DNA of 64,000 bases from Octopus bimaculoides (lineage: Eukaryota). Below the pieces are notes generated by a model. That model made no database searches and was not told the DNA's origin. It saw only the letters and a list, made by a program, of their open reading frames with translations. Shown here in pieces: positions 52,810 to 64,000 of the stretch. Within the stretch, counting starts at the first letter, position 1; every line of letters begins with the position of its first letter. Both the position numbers and the translations under genes were made by a program. The stretch is taken from assembly GCF_001194135.2 (NCBI RefSeq), contig NC_068990.1:82154923-82218922 (forward strand), read 5' to 3'.

Positions 52810-53160
52810 CTATATACCTACAGGCATCGGCTGACATTGACCTCCATGTCTGCCTGTCTTACTTACAACTTAGCATCTTACTGAGACAGTCTTTCTAGAG
52901 CCAGTAGGTCAAGTAATCGAGTATCATTCTCTCTGGCTTCTGTGGCTCCATCCTATCAGTTTCCCAGATGTCACTAAGTGCTTAAGGCTTTTTCTTCATA
53001 TACGATGTCCAATGAATTGAATATGTTGTCTTGTGCTGTTGAGAAGATTTCAAGTAGCCTTTGCTCGTCTGAGAAGTTCAATGTTTGACACTCAACTACA
53101 TTGTATGCGTTCGGCATTCATGTAACGAACCACGTCTCTGCAACACCGACGAGCTTTTGT
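52810..53160 (-). mobile_element. RTE-clade LINE 3' relic
   Basis: RQHIQFIGHRI*RKSLKHLVTSGKL..SQRE / MILDYLTYWL / DRQTWRSMSADACR. Confidence 0.75.
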
Positions 53161-53922
53161 AAGTGTTTGTCTGTAAGGATGGCTTTTAATTACGCCCCAA
53201 AGGGTCATTACATCCTACCGTCTTAAAAGGAGGCAGAACACTTTATTGAATAATATGATACTGACAAAGTAAATAGACAAATAAATAAATAATGATGTGG
53301 TGGTGACAACAGAATCACTTTTGATCACAATTCTAACACAACATAGACTATAGGTATAAAACAATAACAATTAGATTCTTTGTCTAATAGCAGAAAGCTA
53401 TGTGAATCTAGCCAAACCTTGAATATTTAATATTTTAGCTGCAGAAATTTTTAAATCACCAATTCATGATTGTAATGCAGTATTTTCTTGTTTCTTTTTA
53501 AATGTTTTCTAGCTTTTAGCTTCTATTTTTTTTTAATTCTACACCAACCGGTTTAACAGAAACCAGGCTGTTTGAAATTGTTATTTAGTTCAATAGTTCA
53601 CATGTAAATTTAATTAATTTGCATTCCAGACGATACAGCAATTTCACACTATCCGCAGGCTCAGTTTAATTATCGGAAAAATCGAAAGAAAGCCCTAAAT
53701 CCCTCTTCTTTGAAAACAATTTAAAGATCATAATTTAACACTTCTGGAAAATATGCTACTTTTTTTTGTTGTTGTTTGCTTTCGTGCACGTAGGTGCGTG
53801 CGGGCAAGTGTGTGTGCGTCAGTGTTTAATACGGCTTGTAGTTAGCGTGAACGACGTAAATATAAAAGTCTACGATGTGATTTCAATTCATGGCGGCGAC
53901 CACTTTCATTCAATACGACACA

Positions 53923-54237
53923 TTTACTCTTTTACTCTTTTAGTTGTTTCAGTCATTTGACTGCGGCCATGCTGGAGCACCGCCTTTAGTCGAGGAAATC
54001 GACCCCAGGACTTATTCTTTGTAAGCCTAGTACTTATTCTATCGGTCTCTTTTTGCCGAACCGCTAAGTTACGGGGACGTAAACACACCAACATCGGTTG
54101 CCAAGCGATGGTGGGGGGGGGGACAAATACAGACACACAAACAAACATACATATACACATATATACATATATACGACGGGCTTCTTTCAGTTTCCGTCTA
54201 CCAAATCCACTCACAAGGCTTTGGTCGGCCCGAGGCT
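53923..54237 (-). mobile_element. SINE family B, head missing, high identity to other copies
   Basis: Reverse complement of both halves with a short internal (CA/TA)n. Confidence 0.88.
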
Positions 54238-54998
54238 CCCCTCTTGGCTGGTGTATGATCTTTCAAGTAGTTAGAGTGGGACCTTTTAAAATCTTAACTA
54301 ATTTAGAAGGGCTGATGCTGTTGCTATTCAGCTTCAAAATATGGAAGGCGATATCTGCTAGGAAATGTCCATTACAAACTACAGGTTTTGTTATATGGCA
54401 GGTGGTAGTTTTCTTTAGATGTAGACATAGGCATGTGGTGAAGAAGTTTGCTCCGCAACAACGAGCTTCGGAGTTCGTTGTCCTATCTTGTGTGACATCC
54501 TGAGTAAATATTTTCTACTGTAGCCTCGGAGCGACTATTGCCCCGCCAGTGGGCTTGGAAGAAGAAACTATCGAAGCATATGTATGTGTGTGTGTATAAG
54601 TGTGTGTGTGTGTGTGTGTGTGTGTGTTTAGCTTGTCTATGTATGTATATACGTATGCACACACATATATTCATGCGTGTACATATGTATATATGTTACA
54701 TCATGGGCCCTAAACTCATGGAGTCGCTGGGACACTGTTGTGACATTCGGTGCCGTTGGACATCAGTCTCCAGGTTTCATCAGTCTTCATCTAGGAGAGA
54801 AAGAGACACAGACACATATATTTAGAGAAAGAGAAGATTAGACATCCATGCAGAACTGGTACATAATTCATAAAGAAAAAAGAATGAAAACTGACCAACG
54901 CTATATTTGATTTCATATCACAGAAAGCCAGGAGGGATATTGCAAGGCGATGCATTGATTGCTCCGCTATTTCACTGCCCATCTCATACATGTATATA

Positions 54999-55256
54999 TG
55001 TCATGAACGACCATGAGACTACAACTAGATTGCACCTTCCGAGGGACAAGTCCTGGCAAGGCTGTTTTACGGAAGACAGCACGCCACCCTTCTCCACGCC
55101 ACCGATGTTATCCAACTCATTTCTACAGCTGAGTGAACTGGAACAATGTGAAATAAAGTGTCTTCATCAAGAACACAACACACGTCATTCCGGAAATCGA
55201 ACTCACTACCTCATGATTGTGAGCCCGACACTCGACTCAGTCAGCCATGCGCCTTC
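54999..55256 (-). mobile_element. SINE family E variant, with head
   Basis: Reverse complement of ggcgcatggctgac..gagtcg..ctcacaatcatgaggtagtgagttcgatttccgg..ttccagttcactcagctgtagaaatgag..catggtcgttcatgac. Confidence 0.8.
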
Positions 55257-55345
55257 ATAGGTGAATATTCACATATTTATGCATATGACTTCCATATGAT
55301 AATGAGGAATTTGATATGATTGACTGAATTCATATTTTATTCTAC

Positions 55346-55346
55346 T

Positions 55347-55424
<78 letters not shown>

Positions 55425-55593
55425 GTATGTGTGTGTGTGTTTACATNNNNNNNNNNNNNNNNNNNNNNNNNNNNNNNNNNNNNNNNNNNNNNNNNNNNNN
55501 NNNNNNNNNNNNNNNNNNNNNNNNNNNNNNNNNNNNNNNNNNNNNNNNNNNNNNNNNNNNNNNNNNNNNNNNNNNNNNNNNNNNTATTCTACT

Positions 55594-55684
<91 letters not shown>

Positions 55685-55700
55685 CCTAACTGTCTATCTA
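55346..55700. repeat. (ATCT)n arrays flanking an N-gap
   Basis: Direct inspection. Confidence 0.95.
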
Positions 55701-56814
55701 TCTACATACATACATATGAACACACACACACACGGATACATATAAATGTTTATGAAGAAGCATATGTAGCCTGAGGATCAATAACGTGAAATTCGAATTA
55801 TTAGATGTAGCGTGTCAGCTTTTACAATCATAAATAGCAGTTTCCCATTGGTATCGAGTACAATTTTTCTTACGCACTCAGATGTACATACATTTAATGC
55901 ACACACACATACACACACACACACATGCATCTGCGCACACTCACACAGGCACAGACGCATACACACACATTATAGAAGTGAGCAAGTATTGCACAGTTAC
56001 AGAGTGAGCGAGTTTTGGTGGAATGCTCAATAAAACTAAATATCAAATATAGCACTATGAAATTGCTAAAACGGTGAGATATATAAATCGAATTCAAGTT
56101 ACTAAGAAATATATTATCAACCATCAATATCGAGTAGATATATGGAGTGACTACTTTTGAACCAAAGCGGAACCGTCATGGATCGCATTCCATGTTTCAC
56201 TTTGCAACGTAAACGCGCGCGCGTGCGGGGGCATGTGCGCGTGTGTGTGAGTGTGATGGCGGCGAGGAAACCGAAAATTCGTGGCCGCTATCAATCTTCT
56301 CCTTGTAAAGTTAATAAATATGTACACTACAGAAAAGTATTGAGTGATCCTCGAGTGTAATACGAATTTTCTCTTATATATGACTCCCCATAAGAACAAA
56401 CANNNNNNNNNNNNNNNNNNNNNNNNNNNNNNNNNNNNNNNNNNNNNNNNNNNNNNNNNNNNNNNNNNNNNNNNNNNNNNNNNNNNNNNNNNNNNNNNNN
56501 NNNNNNNNNNNNNNNNNNNNNNNNNNNNNNNNNNNNNNNNNNNNNNNNNNNNNNNNNNNNNNNNNNNNNNNNNNNNNNNNNNNNNNNNNNNNNNNNNNNN
56601 NNNNNNNNNNNNNNNNNNNNNNNNNNNNNNNNNNNNNNNNNNNNNNNNNNNNNNNNNNNNNNNNNNNNNNNNNNNNNNNNNNNNNNNNNNNNNNNNNNNN
56701 NNNNNNNNNNNNNNNNNNNNNNNNNNNNNNNNNNNNNNNNNNNNNNNNNNNNNNNNNNNNNNNNNNNNNNNNNNNNNNNNNNNNNNNATATATATATATA
56801 TATATATACACTCA

Positions 56815-57043
56815 CAGTAATCCCACTATATCGCGGTTCGTCTATCGCGTTTCATCTATCGCGGTTTATTATTTAAGCTAACGCCGATTCCTCCGTGGTG
56901 TTTGTTTTGCATTTACAATAAAATAAATATATGCAAATTATAAATATAATAAAATAAATTTACAGTACTGTTCCTACTTTGCAAATTTTCATCTACCGCT
57001 GGAGGTTAGGGAACGTAACACACGCGATAGGCGAGGGATTGCT
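56815..57043. mobile_element. Tigger/pogo-like MITE
   Basis: Ends cagtaatccc..tatcgcg and cgcgataggcgagggattgct (imperfect TIR); sub-terminal ctatcgcg repeats. Confidence 0.6.
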
Positions 57044-57332
57044 TTCAGTCATTGGACTGCAGCCATGCTGGAGCACTACCTTTTAGTCCAAGGAATCGAT
57101 TGCAGGACTTATTTTTTGTAATCCTGGTACTTATTCTATCGGTTTCTTTTGCCGAACATGAACACAGAATCACACACATACATAGGCTTATTTTAGTTTC
57201 CGTCTACTAAATCCACTCACATGGCTTCGTTGGCCCGAGGCTATAGAAGTTACTTGCCCAAGGTACCACGTAGTGGGACTGAAACCGGGAGCATATCGCT
57301 AGGCAGCAAACTTCTTACTATAGAACCACGCA
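57044..57332 (-). mobile_element. SINE family B, internally deleted
   Basis: Tail, short (CA)n and head on the minus strand. Confidence 0.8.
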
Positions 57333-57345
57333 TATATATGTACAT

Positions 57346-57686
57346 GGAGACGCATGGTTCGGTGATTAGAGCATCCGCTCACAATCATGAGGTTGTGAGT
57401 TCGATTCCCGGACCGGGTCGTATGTTGTATTCTTGAGCAAGACACTTTATTTCACCTTGCTCCAGTTCACTCAGCTGTAGAAATAAGTTGCAATGTCATC
57501 ACTGGTGCCAAGCTGTATCAGCCTTTGCTTTTCCCTTGGATAACATTGGTGGTGTGGAAAGGGGTGCCTGGTATGCATGGGTGACTACTGTTCTTCCCTA
57601 AACAACCTTGCCTTGTGCCTTGGAGGGTAACTTTCTAGGTGCAATCCCATGGTCATTGTGACCCAAGGGTGTCTTTACTCTTTTAC
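57346..57686 (+). mobile_element. SINE family E, full length (CORE-like body)
   Basis: B-box gagttcgattccc; body tcttgagcaagacactttatttcaccttgctccagttcactcagctgtagaaat; tail ccatggtcattgtgacccaaggg. Confidence 0.88.
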
Positions 57687-57876
57687 ACACACACACACAC
57701 ACATACACACATACACACACAAGGAATTTCGTTATTTATGCTTGTGTAATCACTTTATAAATGTTTTGATGTTATACATAACTGCTTGGCCATCTTTTCT
57801 CTCTCTGTAGCACACACACACACACAGACACACACAGAGAGACACGCACACACATGTATATGTATATATATATATA

Positions 57877-57912
<36 letters not shown>

Positions 57913-58280
57913 NNNNNNNNNNNNNNNNNNNNNNNNNNNNNNNNNNNNNNNNNNNNNNNNNNNNNNNNNNNNNNNNNNNNNNNNNNNNNNNNNNNNNNNN
58001 NNNNNNNNNNNNNNNNNNNNNNNNNNNNNNNNNNNNNNNNNNNNNNNNNNNNNNNNNNNNNNNNNNNNNNNNNNNNNNNNNNNNNNNNNNNNNNNNNNNN
58101 NNNNNNNNNNNNNNNNNNNNNNNNNNNNNNNNNNNNNNNNNNNNNNNNNNNNNNNNNNNNNNNNNNNNNNNNNNNNNNNNNNNNNNNNNNNNNNNNNNNN
58201 NNNNNNNNNNNNNNNNNNNNNNNNNNNNNNNNNNNNNNNNNNNNNNNNNNNNNNNNNNNNNNNNNNNNNTATATATATAT

Positions 58281-58320
<40 letters not shown>

Positions 58321-58935
58321 CCACACACACTCAGTCTGAGCGACTTAGGTACTGTTAATGTGTGAATGTGCATCTTTATATCTATGTACGTATGTATGTG
58401 TATGTATGTATGTAGGTAGGTACGTACGTACACTGTATATATGCGTACACGTATATGTGCCTATATGTGCATATATTTTATGTGCAAATGTGTTGCCTGT
58501 AAACCAAACTTACCATGGAAACTAAAATAAAAGTTCACTATAACAAAATACGTTTTCGTATTTCAACCGTATATAGTGTTGCTGTATGAGGTATTTTGAT
58601 ATACAAAACGTTCTCAGCAGAAAAGCATATGTAACGGAAACAGCCGTTACCCTTCGTCAGTTACGAACAAACCAAGAGTTAACAGCCTATAGCTATATAG
58701 AAAATACTTCTTAGTTTACGCTTGGATAAGCAAATATGCATCTTGGTGCTAAACAATTGTTAATATTCTCTTTATTCTCTTTATAGTAAACATAGCGTGG
58801 AATCTAAAGATTCGGCATATTAAAGTATGCACATGTTTAAAACATAAGCGTGTATGTCGCTGCTTTTCTGCGTATTTGGATGTAAGAGACTTTGTGGTTA
58901 TACAGCCTTTTATATATGAATACGATATCCATGGA

Positions 58936-58936
<1 letters not shown>

Positions 58937-58997
<61 letters not shown>

Positions 58998-58998
58998 C

Positions 58999-59050
<52 letters not shown>

Positions 59051-59190
59051 TTATCTATCTATCTATCACACATGCACGGTGGAATTTGAACTCAGAACGC
59101 AACGGCAGACGAAATACCGCTAAGCATTTCGCCCGGCGTGCTAATGTTTCTGCCAGTTCGCCGCCTTATCTATCTATCTATCTATCTATC
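58937..59190. repeat. (ATCT)n array interrupted by a SINE C head fragment (59078-59166, minus)
   Basis: Direct inspection; ggaatttgaactcagaacg..gctaagcatttcgcccggcgtgctaa. Confidence 0.88.
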
Positions 59191-59469
59191 TACACACACA
59201 CAGATATGGATAAAGCAGAAGAAAGAAAGAGAAAGAATTGCATATACAACGAGTGATTAACACACAGACACCGCGTGCATACACACTCATGGACAAGGTG
59301 ACAGCAACTCCGCAGTTTTGCCGTTCTTTGTCTAAGACCTCCCTTCATTGTGTAGATGGCTCTTTCTCTTTCTACTCTCTTTGTCATTTAATATAACTGG
59401 TACACCTACATGCGTCTGTCTATCTGTGTGTATGTATGTTTTCTATTTATGTCTATTTATTAGACATAC

Positions 59470-60002
59470 ACAGGAGTGGCTGTGTGGTAAGTAGCTTGCT
59501 TACGAACCACATGGTTCCAGTTCATTCCCACTGCGTGGCACCTTGGGCAAGTGTCTTCTACTATAGCCTCGGGCCGACCAAAGCCTTGTGAGTGGATTTG
59601 GNNNNNNNNNNCCTTGGGCAAGTGTCTTCTACTATAGCCTCGGGCCGACCAAAGCCTTGTGAGTGGATTTGGTAGACGGAAACTAAAAGAAGCCTGTCGT
59701 ATATATGTACATATATATGTATGTGTGTGTTTGTGCATCTGTGTTTGTCCCCCCACCATCGCTTGACAACCGATGCTAGTGTGTTTACATATACATATAT
59801 ACGACGGGGTTCTTTCAGGTGTGTTTACGTATACATATATACGACGGGGTTCTTTCAGTTTCCGTCTACCAACTTCACTCACAGGGCTTTGGTGGGCCCG
59901 AAGCTATAGTAGAAGACACTTGCCCAAGGTGACACGCAGTGGGAATGAACCCGGAACCATGTGGTTGGTAAGCAAGCTACTTACCACACAGCCACTCCTG
60001 CG
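59470..60002. mobile_element. Two family B copies in inverted orientation (+59470-59790, -59821-60002)
   Basis: Head on + at 59470; head on - ending cacagccactcctgcgcc at about 60004. Confidence 0.85.
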
Positions 60003-60379
60003 CCCAAATAGCTATAACAGGTCTGTTATAATTTGCGCTTAGTTGAATTTTTTATGGTAATGTTCCACTAATAATCCCGATGTTGATATGTATGTTTGTA
60101 TGCAAGAGTAGAAGTGTTTATATTTAGCGCAGTGCAGGCTTTTCTGCGGATGGCACTGTATATTGTTTTTATGACAAAATCAAGTCTCTGTTGGAGGTGT
60201 AACTCGATAGCATTTTTCAGCAGTTTCTGATTACATCTATTATGTCGTTCTCAGGAGAGTAACATAAGCGACTTACGGTTGCCTCATCGGAGTTTAAGCT
60301 CTACTTTGTCCCGCTTGCCTATTAGGTGTTTTGTAGGATTGTAAGAATCCAGCTTTTGATATGTGACATGATGCATGCT

Positions 60380-60568
60380 GAGTACAATGCTTAGCGGCAT
60401 CTCATCCGTCTTTACGTTCTGAGTTCAAATTCTGCCAAGGTCGATTTTGCCTTTCATTCTTTCGGGGTCAATAAAATAAGTACCAATTGACCACTGGGAT
60501 CGATGTAATTGACTTACTCCTCCCCCGAAATTGCTGCCATGGGGCCACATTTTGGAACCAGTATTACC
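60380..60568 (+). mobile_element. SINE family C
   Basis: aatgcttagcggc..gagttcaaattctgccaaggtcga..ctttcattctttcggggtcaataaaataagtacc. Confidence 0.82.
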
Positions 60569-60589
60569 CTCCTTTTCAAGTTTACGGGC

Positions 60590-60985
60590 AACATTCTCTT
60601 ACATAAATCTTTTGTGGCATGCAGCATGTTTAGGCTTGTACTGCTGGGTTTGAAGAAAAGGTCATTAATGTCTCCTGAAAATTTCATTATCGACCCGCAG
60701 GATGTTATGTATTTCATTTATGAACACTTGGCTTATAAACTTAATTTTGCTGCCTTTGTTTAGCAACGTTGTCTGATATCATAACGGCCCTTGCCGGTTG
60801 TATGTACTGATCATAAGCCTCTTTCTCCCTCTTTTCTTCTGCGATAGAGTTTGCCAATATCAATATTACTGTAGAAATTTGCATTTGATGTCAGGATCTT
60901 GCGGGTTTTAATGTCTATGGAGCGGATATCCTTTACAGACAAGTCCAGTATTCCAAATGTTGGTATCTGTATAGGTACTGCAAGT
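60590..60985 (-). mobile_element. R4/Dong-clade non-LTR RT relic
   Basis: TLAVPIQIPTFGILDLSVKDIRSIDIKTRKILTSNANFYSNIDIGKLYRRRKEGERGL matches the R4/Dong NTxAxPV..FGI..LDxKTRKxL..xLYxxRxxGGRGL segment. Confidence 0.8.
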
Positions 60986-61264
60986 GTATGTACGTACGTT
61001 ATAAATGTATGTCTACACATGCACACACGCATACACAGTTATGTATACTTACATATATACAAATATACACTCATATATAATGTCTTCAAACATTTCTGCT
61101 TTATCTCTTGTGAAACATTACCTTTGAAATGTGAACGGGCTGTAATTTTATATATAATCTTATACTGTTTATGTTTCTGCCAGTTATACTATCAAAGTTA
61201 TATTTAATAATATACATTTGAAACTAGTATGTTATTATATCACTAAAGATGTCTCACTATCCTA

Positions 61265-61670
61265 CCTACTCCATGTATATATATATATATGGGGGGTGTA
61301 TGTGTGTGTATATGTGTGTGTGTGTGTATATTTGTAAATGTATGCATATATATATACATATATATATATATACATGTCTTTGTTTGTATATATATGTGTG
61401 TATATATGGATATGTATGTATATATATATATGTATATATGTGTATATATATATATGTATATATAAATACACGCACACATACATACACATATATATATTTC
61501 TGTCTCTCTATTTATACACACACACGCACACACACATATATATGCATACATATATACATATGTATATGCATATATGCATATATATATACATATATACATA
61601 AATATATATATATATTTATGTATATATAAAAGCACACACACATATGCACACATATGTGTGTGTATGTGTG
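61265..61670. repeat. (TA)n/(TG)n/(CA)n compound microsatellite
   Basis: Direct inspection. Confidence 0.95.
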
Positions 61671-61999
61671 TGTACAGAAATGCCATGTAAACTGTTCTAA
61701 AATTCAGTAGCATATATTTTTTCTCTCACTTGCATCCCTTAATACTTTTACTCTTTGACGGGCTGTACCATCAGAATATTTGCGTCCTCGTCTGTTACTG
61801 CCTTTGTCACTTTTACACTCCTTTTACACTATTTTGATTGTTGTATTTAAGCCTTATATTTTTACACTCTTTTAGGTTTTGCCTCTCTAACCCCGAGTGT
61901 TATTTACATGCTTCTTTCCTTCCTATCTCATACTCTTAAATGTGCTATTTATATCATCACTGTCTGTCTGTCCATCTCCTTTTTTCTATCTATCTATTG

Positions 62000-62076
<77 letters not shown>

Positions 62077-62920
62077 AACAACACAGTATAATATATAACG
62101 TAATATAGCAATATAATATAATATATTTACTATAATATATATATAATATGATATGATATGATATTATACAATGCACAGACATACATACATGCATGTGCAT
62201 CAACATACTATTTGAAAAGTATACTATTTTATAGATTGTGTGCAATATATAAAAATATATTCCCATGTCTTCAGATCAGATTAGATCAGATTAGTAACAC
62301 CTTATCAGGTTAGTTGTACTCTAATCTTACTTTGATTAAATTACATGGCGATTACTTATAAAGTGCTATGGTACTTATCACTATTTCGGTAGATCATTCG
62401 AGTTAGAGACTCCCGTGTTCGTTGTTTCCAGTGTTATCTGCAGTCTGTTATCCCTCTGAGAACTAATACTAATCTAATCTACTAAACAAATCTAATAATA
62501 AACTTATAAGGAAAGTGGTTTTATTGAGAATATCATACGTTGCCATCAGTTTCAATCTGCGTTTCACTGTGCAAGAGGAAAAATTTCCTGTGGCATTTTG
62601 AGTTGGGAAAGTGAAAATGCAAAGGAGAGGTTTTGGTAGGTTTCATCTATTAAATTAATGGTATTTAACGGATTTTGTGATTATAATTAGTTAAAGAAAG
62701 GTATAGGATTGCTTTAACAGACATTATTTATGACAAATTCCCAAAAGGGAATCCAAAGAATCAATCTTCGGTGAAGGAACAGTGCTAATGATATTGAAAA
62801 CGGTGCAGGGTGAAATGCTAAGCGATATTTAGTAATAACATGCTTTTAGTTTCTGTGTTCAATTTTCAGAAGTGTCATCTCTCCATGTTTGTTGAAATAT
62901 GAATCAACTACTGAAAAAAG

Positions 62921-63305
62921 GTGGAGGCGCAATGGCCCAGTCGTTAGGGCAGCGGACTCGCGGTTGTAGGATCGCGGTTTCGATTCCCAGAACGGGCGTT
63001 GTGAGTGTTTATTGAGCGAAAACACCTAAAGCACCACGAGGCTCCGGCAGGGGATGGTGGTGAACCCTGCTGTACTCTTTCATCACAGCTTTCTCTCACT
63101 CTTACTTCCTGTTTCTGTTGTGCCTGTAATTCAAAGGGTCAGCTTTGTCACACTGTGTCACGCTGAATATCCCCGAGAACTACATTAAGGGTACACGTGT
63201 CTGTGGAGTGCTCAGCCACTTGCACGTCAATTTCACGAGCAGGCTGTTCCGTTGATCGGATCAACTGGAACCCTCGACGTCGTAAGCGACGGAGTGCCAA
63301 CAACA
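62921..63305 (+). mobile_element. SINE family A, full length with TSD
   Basis: Colinear with 24214-24604. TSD actgaaaaaag at 62910-62920 and 63306-63316. Confidence 0.92.
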
Positions 63306-63919
63306 ACTGAAAAAAGAAAATTTCATGATTGCTCGGTTTTAGTAAATCCCGACACTTCAGATTAAGTAGGCCAGCATATGTTTTTGAAAATATGGTTGAA
63401 TGGCCATTTGTTTATCTTTTTAATGGTGTAATGAGAAGTGGATGGCATAGTGCACATGACACCTTTTTCAGAGTCTTCAAGTTTTGTGGAATATATATGT
63501 ACAACAAAAGTCAGTTAGACATATACATTGGTTAGAATGACGCTCAGAGAAAGATATCCGTAGCACTTTTCCCATCCCCACTCCCATCCACCCTAGATCC
63601 TTCCTTCACTCCAGTCTGCGTTGCTAATATTATATTATATAAGAATTAGGAAACTGAAATTACTCGACTATGTAAAAGGAAGACCACCCAATAATTAGAT
63701 GGCGCAGGCGTAATGGCAAGATAACACCAGATAAAGTGACAGACAATGTATACTAAACGGTGAGCTTATGCGCAGTTTCTTTCAACCAAATTATGTTCAG
63801 TAGGCATTGGTGAACTTCCGGTTATAAGACAAAATACATGATCAAAGTGCAGCAAAGGGGAATTCAACCCTAAACCCCAGGGTTGCAAAGCGAACATCTT
63901 AACCCATTTATTTCTGTTT

Positions 63920-63925
63920 TCATAT

Positions 63926-64000
<75 letters not shown>
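63920..64000. repeat. (TACA)n/(CA)n running off the window end
   Basis: Direct inspection. Confidence 0.95.

Noticed and set aside
55336-55700. tattctactttatctatc.. repeated before and after the gap
   Set aside because: Probably the same locus assembled twice across the gap.
59552-59661. A 50-bp direct repeat on both sides of a 10-N gap
   Set aside because: It looks like unmerged overlapping contig ends (assembly artefact).

Overview
AT-rich eukaryotic draft scaffold with 17 N-gaps, most beside microsatellites. The repeat content (several tRNA-derived SINE families, dense TA/CA/GA/ATCT/CAT arrays) suggests a coleoid cephalopod, probably Octopus; this is an inference, not a search result. 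The window is mostly non-coding. It holds at least four interspersed SINE families (my labels A, B, C, E), decayed non-LTR retrotransposon fragments (RTE, Tx1/L1, CR1/Jockey-like, R4/Dong), Penelope-like ends, a Helitron PIF1-helicase relic, a Helentron-type non-autonomous element, and hAT and Tigger-like MITEs. Nearly all long ORFs in the supplied track are microsatellite or N-gap artefacts. A tentative, phase-consistent chain of five small minus-strand exons (15447 down to 237) could be the 3' end of an unidentified host gene. The best-supported unusual signal is a modular SINE system: heads, bodies and tails are swapped between families, one tail matches the 3' end of a TSD-flanked RTE LINE in the same window, and the tails end in 5-bp-stem/4-nt-loop hairpins. 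Several fold-back structures could form dsRNA. No rRNA, true tRNA or CRISPR array was found.
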